Assembly: GCA_020061515.1 (NCBI GenBank)
Contig: JAGUYC010000313.1
Span: forward strand, 1-59,002
Length of the DNA stretch: 59,002 bases
Reading direction: 5' to 3'
Source: Gemmatimonadota bacterium
GTDB lineage: Bacteria; Orphanbacterota; Orphanbacteria; Orphanbacterales; Orphanbacteraceae
Shown here: positions 17,884-26,191 of the stretch, in pieces
How positions within the stretch are numbered: the stretch's first letter is position 1
Layout: every line of letters starts with the position of its first letter
Position numbers and translations under genes: made by a program
The notes under the pieces: model-generated
Seen by the model: only the letters and a program-made list of their open reading frames with translations
Told to the model about the DNA's origin: nothing
Database searches by the model: none

Positions 17884-20800
17884 CCGCGCCGAGCGCTCCG
17901 CGATTTCCTGGGATCGCCTCTCCGCCGAGCAGGAGACCGGGAACACACGGAAGGAAGCCGCCGCTCGCTTCGCGGACGCCCCCGCCGGCGCGTTCGTCGA
18001 GCGGGACGGCGAGTGCCACTACCGGATCAGCGCCTTTCACCGGATGCCCCCCTTCCTCATGACCCTCGCGAGCGACACCGACCTTTGGATGTTCGTCACC
18101 TCCGGAGGGGGGCTCACCGCGGGGCGGGTGGACGCCCAGGGAAGCTTCTTCCCGTATGAGACCGTGGACAAGCTCCACGACGCCCGGCATCACACCGGGC
18201 CGGTCACGAGGATCCGGGTGCTCCGCGGCGAAGAGAAGCCGTTCCTCTGGCGCCCCTTCGACGATCGATCGCCCGACGAGCATCCGATCGATCGAAACCT
18301 CTACAAGAAAGCGACGGGAAACCGGCTCCTCTTCGAGGAGATCCACCGCGGGATCGGTCTCATCTTCCGCTATCAGTGGGCGGCATGCGACGAGTTCGGA
18401 TGGATCCGCTCGGCGACGCTCGAGAACGTCGGGAGAGCGCCCGTGCGAGTCGAGCTGCTCGATGGTCTTCGGAATATCCTCCCCTACGGCGCGCATCATT
18501 CGCTCTACCAGCATTCGAGCATCCTCGTCGACGCGTACAAGAAGTCCGAGGTGGATCCCGAGTCGGGGCTCGCCGTCTTCTCGCTCACCGCGGGGATCGT
18601 CGACCGCCCGGAAGCGGCGGAAGTGCTCCGAGCGAACGTGGTGTGGCGGACCGGGCTCGAGGGGTTCCGGGTCCATCTCGCGGGAGAGGCGCTCGCCGCG
18701 TTCCGCCGCGGGGAGACTCTTCCCGCGGAGAACGAACGGAACGGGCGCCGGGGGAACTACATTCTGACCGGGTCCCTTGAACTGGAGCCGGGCTCGTCGG
18801 AGAAGTGGCATCTCGTCGTCGACGCGGCCCGAGGCCACGTCGCGATTGTCGATCTTCGGAAGCGGATCCTCCGGGGGGACCCGCTCGACCGGGAGATCGA
18901 AGAGGCGATCGAGAGGGCCGGCGAGAACCTGCGCCGGAACGTGGGGAGCGCCGACGGGCTCCAGCGCACCGGGCGCGCCGCCACGACGGTCCACCACTTC
19001 GCGAACGTTCTCTTCAACAACATGCGGGGCGGCGTGTTCGTGAGGAACCACGAGGTGCCGGTGGAGGATCTCACCGACTTCGTCCGCTCCCGGAACCGCG
19101 AAGCGGCCGGGAGAAACGGCTCGTTCTTCCGATCCCTTCCGGACGGAATCCCGTTCGCCGATCTGCTCGAGGAAACGAAGAAGACTGGGGATCCGAACGT
19201 CGAGCGACTCTGCCACGAGTACCTTCCGATCCACTTCGGGCGTCGCCACGGCGATCCGAGCCGTCCGTGGAACCATTTCTCCATCCGAGTCCGGAACCGA
19301 GACGGCGGCCGCTCCCTTCGGTACGAAGGAAACTGGCGGGACATCTTCCAGAACTGGGAAGCCCTCTCTCTTTCCTTCCCCGAGTTTCTGCCCGGGATCA
19401 TCGCGAAGTTCGTGAACGCGTCGACCGTGGACGGCTTCAATCCCTACCGGATCACCCGGGAGGGGGTCGATTGGGAAAACGTGAACCCGAACGATCCGTG
19501 GAGCCACATCGGCTACTGGGGAGATCACCAGATCATTTACCTCTTGAAGTTTCTCGAAGCGCTGGCGCGCTCCTCACCCGGGACGTTGGAATCGCTCGTG
19601 CATCGAGACATCTTCAGCTACGCCCACGTTCCCTACCGGATCCGGCCGTACGAGGAGATCGTGCGCGATCCCCGAGTAACCATCGACTACGACCAAGAGC
19701 GGGCGCGGCTTATCGACGAACGGGTTCGCGCGCTCGGGGCGGACGGGAAGCTCCTCCCCGGCCCGGACGGAACGATCTATCACGTCAATCTTCTCGAGAA
19801 GCTGCTCGTTCCACTCCTTTCGAAGCTCTCCAACTTCGTTCCCGACGGCGGGATCTGGATGAACACCCAGAGGCCGGAATGGAACGACGCGAACAACGCT
19901 CTCGTCGGCGACGGGCTCTCGATGGTGACGGTCGCGTATCTCCGCCGCTACGTCGCGTTTCTCGAGGGATTCCTCGCCGGGACGACGGCGGAGAGCGCGT
20001 CGATTTCGTCGGAAGTCGCGGGTTGGTTCCGTCAGGTCCGCGGCATCCTCACGCGAGAGCAACGCCTGCTCGATGGAAAGGAGATCTTCGACGGCGATCG
20101 GAAGAGGATCATGGACGGCCTCGGAACCGCTTTCTCCGAATACCGGCGCGAGGTTTACGAAGGGGGCTTCTCGGGGAAGAGGTCCGTCTCGATCCCGGAA
20201 GTGCACCATCTGCTTCGAACCGCGCGCTTCTTCTTGGACCGGGCCATCCGCGCCAACCGAAGAGAGGACGGGCTCTACCACTCGTACAACCTTCTCGCGC
20301 TTTCCGGGGACGGGAGAGAGGCCGGGGTCCGTCATCTGCCGGTGATGCTCGAAGGGCAGGTGGCCGTTCTCAGCTCGGGCCTGCCCGGCCCGCAGGAGGC
20401 GATCGAGATCCTCGAGAAGCTCTTCGAAAGTCCCCTCTACCGGCCGAATCAGAAAAGCTTCCTCCTCTATCCCGAGAGAAGACTGCCCGGCTTCCTGGAG
20501 AAAAACCGGGTCCCCGAAGAGGCGGTCCGATCGATTCCGCTTCTCAGGGATCTGCTCGAACGAGCCGACAAGACGATCCTCGCGAGGGACGCGGAGGGGA
20601 CGTACCGGTTCCACGGAGATTTTCGGAACGCGGGAGACCTGAAGGAGTCGCTGGATTCGCTTTCCCTGCGGGAGGGTTGGGAAGGATCGGTCGCGCGGGA
20701 CCGCGAGAAGGTCTTGGGTCTCTTCGAGGACGTCTTTCACCATAAGTCATACACGGGCCGCTCGGGCACGATGTACGCCTACGAAGGGCTCGGGTGCGTC

Positions 20801-21412
20801 TACTGGCACATGGTCGCCAAACTTCTCGTCGCCGCGCAGGAGGTCTGCTTCCGCGCCGAAGACGAGTCGGCTTCCCGGTCCGTCCGGGATTCCCTCGCAG
20901 CCCTCTACTATCGCGTCCGCGGCGGCCTCGGGTTCGAGAAGTCGGCCTCCGAGTACGGCGCGTTCCCCGCCGATCCGTACTCCCACACGCCGCCGCAAGG
21001 GGGCGCGAAGCAGCCGGGAATGACCGGACAGGTGAAGGAGGAGATCCTCACGCGTTTTGGGGAGCTGGGCGTGCGCGTCGAGGATGGAACGGTCCGATTC
21101 GATCCCTTTCTTCTCCGACCGGACGAGTTCCTCGATCGGCCCTCGACATTCGAATCTTTCGATTGGGAAGGAAATCGGAGGACGTTCGATCTCGCGCCCG
21201 GATCTTTGGCGTTCACCTTCTGCCAGGTCCCCATCGTGTACGAAAGGGTCGAAGGGGAAGGTTCGGTCCGTATCCGGTTCGACAGCGGTTCGTCCGAGGA
21301 GTTCAGGGGAAACCGCATGGACCGCGAGTCGAGCCGGGCTCTTCTCGCGCGCCGGGGAACGATCCTCGAAGTCCGTGTCCGGGTTCCCGAATCCTCTCTC
21401 TGCCGGATGTGA
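17873..21412 (+). CDS. Large cytoplasmic protein, putative beta-1,3-glucan/laminari-oligosaccharide phosphorylase (GH94/GH149/GH161-like)
   Basis: ATG 17873 overlaps the GH17 3' end. About 1179 aa with no signal peptide. RPEWNDANNAL (Asp codon 19886-19888) resembles the (D/E)WND catalytic-Asp motif of GH94-type phosphorylases. Size and locus context fit. The functional call is tentative. Confidence 0.45.
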   Translation: MNPDRAERSAISWDRLSAEQETGNTRKEAAARFADAPAGAFVERDGECHYRISAFHRMPPFLMTLASDTDLWMFVTSGGGLTAGRVDAQGSFFPYETVDKLHDARHHTGPVTRIRVLRGEEKPFLWRPFDDRSPDEHPIDRNLYKKATGNRLLFEEIHRGIGLIFRYQWAACDEFGWIRSATLENVGRAPVRVELLDGLRNILPYGAHHSLYQHSSILVDAYKKSEVDPESGLAVFSLTAGIVDRPEAAEVLRANVVWRTGLEGFRVHLAGEALAAFRRGETLPAENERNGRRGNYILTGSLELEPGSSEKWHLVVDAARGHVAIVDLRKRILRGDPLDREIEEAIERAGENLRRNVGSADGLQRTGRAATTVHHFANVLFNNMRGGVFVRNHEVPVEDLTDFVRSRNREAAGRNGSFFRSLPDGIPFADLLEETKKTGDPNVERLCHEYLPIHFGRRHGDPSRPWNHFSIRVRNRDGGRSLRYEGNWRDIFQNWEALSLSFPEFLPGIIAKFVNASTVDGFNPYRITREGVDWENVNPNDPWSHIGYWGDHQIIYLLKFLEALARSSPGTLESLVHRDIFSYAHVPYRIRPYEEIVRDPRVTIDYDQERARLIDERVRALGADGKLLPGPDGTIYHVNLLEKLLVPLLSKLSNFVPDGGIWMNTQRPEWNDANNALVGDGLSMVTVAYLRRYVAFLEGFLAGTTAESASISSEVAGWFRQVRGILTREQRLLDGKEIFDGDRKRIMDGLGTAFSEYRREVYEGGFSGKRSVSIPEVHHLLRTARFFLDRAIRANRREDGLYHSYNLLALSGDGREAGVRHLPVMLEGQVAVLSSGLPGPQEAIEILEKLFESPLYRPNQKSFLLYPERRLPGFLEKNRVPEEAVRSIPLLRDLLERADKTILARDAEGTYRFHGDFRNAGDLKESLDSLSLREGWEGSVARDREKVLGLFEDVFHHKSYTGRSGTMYAYEGLGCVYWHMVAKLLVAAQEVCFRAEDESASRSVRDSLAALYYRVRGGLGFEKSASEYGAFPADPYSHTPPQGGAKQPGMTGQVKEEILTRFGELGVRVEDGTVRFDPFLLRPDEFLDRPSTFESFDWEGNRRTFDLAPGSLAFTFCQVPIVYERVEGEGSVRIRFDSGSSEEFRGNRMDRESSRALLARRGTILEVRVRVPESSLCRM

Positions 21413-21437
21413 TCGAAGCCCCGGACCTTCTTCGGCG

Positions 21438-23045
21438 CTATCGTACGAGCACCATGCGCCGGGTCTCGAACACGTCGCCCGCCCGAAGGCGATAGAGGTA
21501 CACCCCGGAGGCCGCCGGCCTTCCCTCCGCGTCCCGGCCGTCCCACACCGTCTCGTGGTTCCCCGCCGGGAAGAAGCCGCTCGCGAGGCCCGCCACCCGC
21601 CGGCCGGCCGGATCGAAGACGTCGATCATGGCGAAGCCGCCGCTCTCCAAGAAGAAAACGATCGTTGCGCTCGGGTTGAAGGGATTCGGCCGCGCCGGGA
21701 AGAGCCGAGCCGCCGGCCGAGCGGCCGGAAGCGGCTCCGCCCACTCGGCCACTTCTGTGTTCGTTCCGGCCGGAACGAAGGTAAACGCGTCGAAGACGAC
21801 TTCTTGATTCGTTCCCGGCGGGGCCTCGTACTGCCAGAGGTTGATGTGGACGCGCGGCTGTTCGGGACGCGGAACGTGGGGACCGATGTAGGTCCACGAG
21901 TGGACCGACGCCCCCGGCGATTCCTCCCCCGGGCCGCCTCGCCAGCTTCGGAACTCCACGCGGTCCGGGAGCCAGCGGAAGGCGAAGCTCGCGAGCTCCC
22001 CGTCCCCCCAAGAGGCGTCAAAACGGCTCAGGTTCCCCGGCCAGTCGTAGGGCTGCGCCACGAACTGGGCCACATCGTTCGATGGGTTCCCCCAGCGGCT
22101 GATCTCAACGTCGATCTCGTTGTAGGGGTTCCACCAGAAGTAGGCGGGATCCCAGCACGGTCCGTACTGCCAGAGGAACAGGCCGAGCACTGCGCGCGGA
22201 TCGAGCGTGTCGATCGACCCTACGGTGGTGAAGATGTAGTCGCCGTAGCCGAGCGTGTCCTCGAGGGCCACCTCGGTGCTGGTCCACGATCCTCCGCTGT
22301 TCCGGATGGTCAGATGCAGACGGTCAGTCCCGTCCGCCCAGACGGAGCTCGGATCGTCCGAGAAGACGCTCGGCCCGGGCCCGTAGTATCCCGGACCCTT
22401 GACACGCCAAGTGTATCCGCTGAAGTCGATGGTCCGGCCGCCGGGAAAATCGTTCCACTGGATGTCGTCGATCGACGGGGGCCCGATCTCGTCGAACGTC
22501 GCCTGGTCGTAGGTGACGTCCGGCGCCGGGTCGGTCGGGCTTTGAAGGACGCCGAGGAGGAGCCGGGCTTCGGCCGTGCCCGCGGGGGCCGGCCCGGTGG
22601 TCACCGAGAAGTCCTGCACCTCGCCCGTCGGAGTGGAGGCATCGGCGGGGGCGTAGGATTCATAGCTGATCAGCGAGCCGCTCGAGCTGCGCCACTCGAC
22701 GTTCACCAGCGCCGTGCATTGGCCCGTCAGGGGACGGACCGATTCGTGCCAGACCCGCACGGACACATTCCACCGGTCCCCGGGGGCCGAGTCCATGGCC
22801 TGCCAGTAGCCGGAGACGTCCCAGCCGCCCGAATTCGGTCCGGTCACTCGGGCCGCGGCGTGGCCGTGGGTCGCGTTCGGCGAGGAGGTGACCACGCCGA
22901 ACTGGTTCCACCCGCCGAAGACGGCGCCCCCCGAACCGACGACCTCAAAGCTGGGGTTGGAGAAGATGCACTGGGCGAAGGAGCTTTGGCCTGAGCCCGC
23001 GGCGATGAGCAGCAGGGACGCGAGGGCGATGCGAAAACAGGACAT
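21438..23045 (-). CDS. Secreted CBM4_9-like + GH16-like (EIDVE) protein with FlgD-Ig/T9SS-like C-terminal domain
   Basis: ATG 23043-23045 preceded by AAGGAGA. Signal peptide MSCFRIALASLLLIAAGSG. NPSFEVVGSGG..GW is CBM-like. NEIDVEISRWG fits the GH16 ExDxE pattern. C-terminal domain NPFNPSATIVFFLE...GRRVAGL...WDGRDAEGRPAASGVYLYRL. Confidence 0.75.
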   Translation of the reverse strand: MSCFRIALASLLLIAAGSGQSSFAQCIFSNPSFEVVGSGGAVFGGWNQFGVVTSSPNATHGHAAARVTGPNSGGWDVSGYWQAMDSAPGDRWNVSVRVWHESVRPLTGQCTALVNVEWRSSSGSLISYESYAPADASTPTGEVQDFSVTTGPAPAGTAEARLLLGVLQSPTDPAPDVTYDQATFDEIGPPSIDDIQWNDFPGGRTIDFSGYTWRVKGPGYYGPGPSVFSDDPSSVWADGTDRLHLTIRNSGGSWTSTEVALEDTLGYGDYIFTTVGSIDTLDPRAVLGLFLWQYGPCWDPAYFWWNPYNEIDVEISRWGNPSNDVAQFVAQPYDWPGNLSRFDASWGDGELASFAFRWLPDRVEFRSWRGGPGEESPGASVHSWTYIGPHVPRPEQPRVHINLWQYEAPPGTNQEVVFDAFTFVPAGTNTEVAEWAEPLPAARPAARLFPARPNPFNPSATIVFFLESGGFAMIDVFDPAGRRVAGLASGFFPAGNHETVWDGRDAEGRPAASGVYLYRLRAGDVFETRRMVLVR

Positions 23046-23251
23046 CGGGTTCTCCTTGTGGGAACGGGTTCTCGTCCTGTCCGCGTGGGGGAGTCGTGCG
23101 GAATGAAGGCTCTGTTTGAATTCTACCAGCAACCGCGGACCGGGGCAAGACGACCCGTCCTGTGAGAGCAGCGCCCCACACCCCGCCGGGGAGAGCGCCG
23201 CGGTGGGACATCCCGCCTCGGAGATCATGCCGCGGGGCGGCAAAAAAGAGT

Positions 23252-23280
23252 TTGTTCGGTCGCCGAACATAGTGTATAAT
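23252..23280 (+). promoter_or_regulatory. Sigma70-like promoter TTGTTC-N17-TATAAT with embedded palindrome GTTCGG-TCG-CCGAAC (23254-23268)
   Basis: Read directly. Second + strand copy of the element at 16552-16580. It lies in the divergent region between 23045(-) and 23528(+). Confidence 0.6.
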
Positions 23281-23527
23281 CGCTTTGGATTTCGCGAAGG
23301 GGGTCAAACCCCCGGAGACGGGAAGCAGAATTACCGGACTCGATCGGGGCTCTCGAGAAGACCGGCTCAGCGGACGGGAAATGGCGGAGCGGCACGAAAG
23401 AGAAGGAATGATCCGCTGGAACGGCCTCGAATGGAAGATTGGCGGGAAGGGTCCCTTCCCGAGGCCTTCCAATCGCACGGGTGCGGGCGGTATGCAGGTT
23501 GGACTTCTTCGACGGGAGGTGAGCGTG

Positions 23528-24499
23528 ATGCGGGCTCGATGGACTGCACTTCTTGGGATCACGGTTCTGTTCTGCGTGGTTTCCGCCGTAGGCGCCGCGG
23601 TGACGCCGTACGGCCAGAGCTTCGAGGGCCTGGTCATCACGGATCCCAACGCGCTCGGCAATGATGGCTGGCTCGTCTACGGGAACGTGTTCTCTCCGGA
23701 CACGGTTTATCTCTACGGATACGGCCCCTACCCGGCCCCCAACCACAGTCTCGCGTTCTCTCAGATCGTGACCGGCGAGGGGGGGGCGACTCAGGAGCTT
23801 CAGCAGCTGGTCGTGTTCAGCGACTACGAGAACACCGGTCACGGCGTCGGCAACCTGATCGAGTCGAACGTCTACCGGGAGTACCCGATCGAGGCCGGGG
23901 ATGTCGGCAAGTGCTGGTTCTTCGAGTTCGACGCCAAGCTCGGCAACATCGAGGGAAGCTCGACCGCGGCGGCCTTCATCAAGACGCTGGATCCGAGTTC
24001 CGGCTATGCCCTGACCAACTTCATCACCGAGAACATGACGTCCATTCCGGTCGAGTGGAACCGCTACGGCCTCCGAATCGGGATCGACGCGAGCCTTGTG
24101 GGACAGCTCCTTCAGTTCGGCTTCTCGAACCTGGCCACGAACTACGAGAGCTCGGGCATCTTCTACGACAACGTGGAGATCCGGTCGGAGACGGTCGATG
24201 TTCCGGGCGCCTCTGGGATCGCTCGGGTTCGGATGGACCCGAACTGCCCGAATCCGTTCAACCCGACGACCCGGATCGACTTCGCCTTGGGAGAGCCGGG
24301 ACCCGCCACGATCGCCGTTTTCGAAATCACGGGGCGGCGGGTCGCCGTCTTGCAGGATGGGGAACTCGCGGCCGGAGAGCATCATGTGATCTGGAACGGG
24401 AAGACCGATCGGGGCAATCCCGTCCCCTCCGGCCTGTATCTCTACGTGCTGGAAACCCCGACCGATCGGCTGGCCCGCCGGATGGTGCTGGTGAGATAG
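23528..24499 (+). CDS. Secreted beta-sandwich protein (paralog of 5615-6313) with FlgD-Ig/T9SS-like C-terminal domain
   Basis: ATG 23528 preceded by GGGAGGTGA. Signal peptide MRARWTALLGITVLFCVVSAVGA. The passenger region is homologous to the 5615-6313 product. C-terminal domain CPNPFNPTTRIDFAL...GRRVAVL...WNGKTDRGNPVPSGLYLYVL. Confidence 0.8.
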   Translation: MRARWTALLGITVLFCVVSAVGAAVTPYGQSFEGLVITDPNALGNDGWLVYGNVFSPDTVYLYGYGPYPAPNHSLAFSQIVTGEGGATQELQQLVVFSDYENTGHGVGNLIESNVYREYPIEAGDVGKCWFFEFDAKLGNIEGSSTAAAFIKTLDPSSGYALTNFITENMTSIPVEWNRYGLRIGIDASLVGQLLQFGFSNLATNYESSGIFYDNVEIRSETVDVPGASGIARVRMDPNCPNPFNPTTRIDFALGEPGPATIAVFEITGRRVAVLQDGELAAGEHHVIWNGKTDRGNPVPSGLYLYVLETPTDRLARRMVLVR

Positions 24500-24565
24500 A
24501 AGAACGCGGAGCGCTCTCGCGGGGAGACGATCCCGTTCCCGGGGCGATCGAGCGAGCAGAACACG

Positions 24566-24591
24566 AGGCCCCGGCCAACCGGCCGGGGCCT
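24566..24591. terminator. GC-rich hairpin (AGGCCCCGGCC-AACC-GGCCGGGGCCT), possible bidirectional terminator
   Basis: Read directly. It is followed by a T-containing stretch TTCGAATGTT, so the U-tract is weak. It sits between the 24499 stop and the island's left repeat. Confidence 0.4.
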
Positions 24592-24601
24592 TCGAATGTT
24601 C

Positions 24602-24624
24602 TGGTGGAGGCGGCGGGAATCGAA
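24602..24624. repeat. Left direct repeat of the island (copy of the ssrA 3' end): TGGTGGAGGCGGCGGGAATCGAA
   Basis: Identical 23-mer at 48045-48067. Here the sequence diverges right after it, and the tmRNA T-stem (GCGGG/CCCGC) cannot form, so this is a remnant and not a gene. Confidence 0.85.
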
Positions 24625-24925
24625 GCCTCGGACTGCCGAATGAGCGCCCTCTACAAGATCGGGACAAGACCGATGCAGAACCCGCACAACTTCGCACACA
24701 AACAAACGGTTGCGCCGAGCCTGGTGGGAGCCCGTGCGACAGAACCACGACAGTCTCCACACACGATTCTGACCCGAATAAACACGAAAAGCGTGCCATA
24801 TGCGTGCCAGAGATTCCGGGGGAGGCCGACCTCCCGGCGGCGGTCGTCGCGGGGCTGCACAACTGGAAGAACCTGCCCGCTCACATCCGCGCGGCGGTCG
24901 AGGCCCTGCTCGGGGGGTCAGACGA

Positions 24926-26191
24926 ATGACGGGGTACGATTCCGGCATGCTCGGGTCGGTGCGGGTCCTTCCGCGCCGCCGCGTTCGTTTGTGCGACCTG
25001 AAACCGAATCCGAAAAACCCGCGCGTCGCGCTGGAGCCTGGCGATCCTGATTTCGAGAACATCCGCGCCTCGCTCAAGCAGATCGGCCTCGCCGACGAGA
25101 TCGTGTGGAATGAGGCGACCGGCCGAATCGTCGGCGGGCACCAGCGCGTGGCCGTCCTCCGGGCCGAGGGGGCGGGCGAGGACGACGAAATCGACGTCAA
25201 GGTCGTGAACATCCCTGACGAGCGAGAAGAGATGGCTGCGGCCATCCTGCTCAACAAGGCCGAGGGGAGGTGGGACTACCCGAAACTCCTCGTCGACATC
25301 GACGAGCTCGATCTCCTGAACGTGGACGGCTTGACGTTTGGGTTCGATGAGAAAGAGATCCTCGCTCTTCGGGCTCGCCACTCGGATGAGTCCGAGGATG
25401 ACGGTCCGGCCCCGGAGAAGCCAGACGAGCCGGACACGCGGGCGGGGGACCTCTACGTTCTCGGGAGACACCGCCTGCTCTGCGGAGACGCGACCGATCC
25501 CTCCGACGTGTCTCGCCTGCTCGACGGCAGTATCCCCGCACTCATGGTCACCGACCCGCCGTACGGCGTGGAATACGATCCGCTCTGGAGAACGAAGGCC
25601 CTATACACGAAGGGCTCGCTTCACACGAGTGCCACGACGCAGAGGACAGGAGCCGTCCCCAACGACGACCGCTTCGACTGGACCGCGGCGTGGTCCTTGT
25701 TCCCTGGCGATATCGCCTACGTCTGGCACGGCGGGATCTACACCGGGGACGTCGTCGGTCATCTCCGCTCATGCGGTTTCGAGCCGCGGTCGTGCTTGAT
25801 CTGGCGGAAGCCGCGTCTCGTGATCTCCCGCGGCCACTACCACTGGCAGCATGAGCCCCTCTGGTATGCCGTACGAGCCGGGCGTCCCGCCCGGTGGGTC
25901 GGCGATCGGAAGCAGTCCACGATCTGGGATATCGGCCGCGACGAGGACATCGAAACTCGGCACGGGACTCAGAAGCCGGTCGAGTGCATGGCCCGTCCGA
26001 TGCGGAATCACGACGCGCCCGCGGTCTACGACCCGTTCGTCGGGAGCGGGACCTCGATCGTGGCCGCGGAGCAACTTGAACGACGGTGCCTCGCGATGGA
26101 TGTCGACCCTGGCTACTGTGACGTGTCGGTCGCCCGATGGGAGCGGCTGACCGGCCACACGGCGGAGCGAATCCGTGACAAGGCACTCTGA
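24926..26191 (+). CDS. ParB-like N-terminal domain fused to a beta-class N6A/N4C DNA methyltransferase (no cognate nuclease adjacent)
   Basis: LKPNPKNPR...GGHQRVAVL is ParB/Sulfiredoxin-like. Motif IV TDPPYG precedes motif I DPFVGSGTS (beta-class order). The start is uncertain: ATG 24926 was chosen because the ORF 24800 N-terminus is G/R-rich. Confidence 0.8.
   Translation: MTGYDSGMLGSVRVLPRRRVRLCDLKPNPKNPRVALEPGDPDFENIRASLKQIGLADEIVWNEATGRIVGGHQRVAVLRAEGAGEDDEIDVKVVNIPDEREEMAAAILLNKAEGRWDYPKLLVDIDELDLLNVDGLTFGFDEKEILALRARHSDESEDDGPAPEKPDEPDTRAGDLYVLGRHRLLCGDATDPSDVSRLLDGSIPALMVTDPPYGVEYDPLWRTKALYTKGSLHTSATTQRTGAVPNDDRFDWTAAWSLFPGDIAYVWHGGIYTGDVVGHLRSCGFEPRSCLIWRKPRLVISRGHYHWQHEPLWYAVRAGRPARWVGDRKQSTIWDIGRDEDIETRHGTQKPVECMARPMRNHDAPAVYDPFVGSGTSIVAAEQLERRCLAMDVDPGYCDVSVARWERLTGHTAERIRDKAL

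Noticed and set aside
24602-24680. Possible tRNA or second tmRNA gene at the island's left end, since it starts with the TGGTGGAGGCGGCGGGAATCGAA acceptor/T-arm sequence.
   Set aside because: Identity to ssrA stops after 23 nt. The partner strand of the T-stem reads GAGGC where GCGGG is required, and no cloverleaf can be drawn. It is best explained as the duplicated att core.
24800-24925. An upstream ATG at 24800 as the start of the ParB-methyltransferase.
   Set aside because: The added 42 residues (MRARDSGGGRPPGGGRRGAAQLEEPARSHPRGGRGPARGVRR) are low-complexity G/R sequence. ParB-domain homology begins after ATG 24926. The start remains uncertain.
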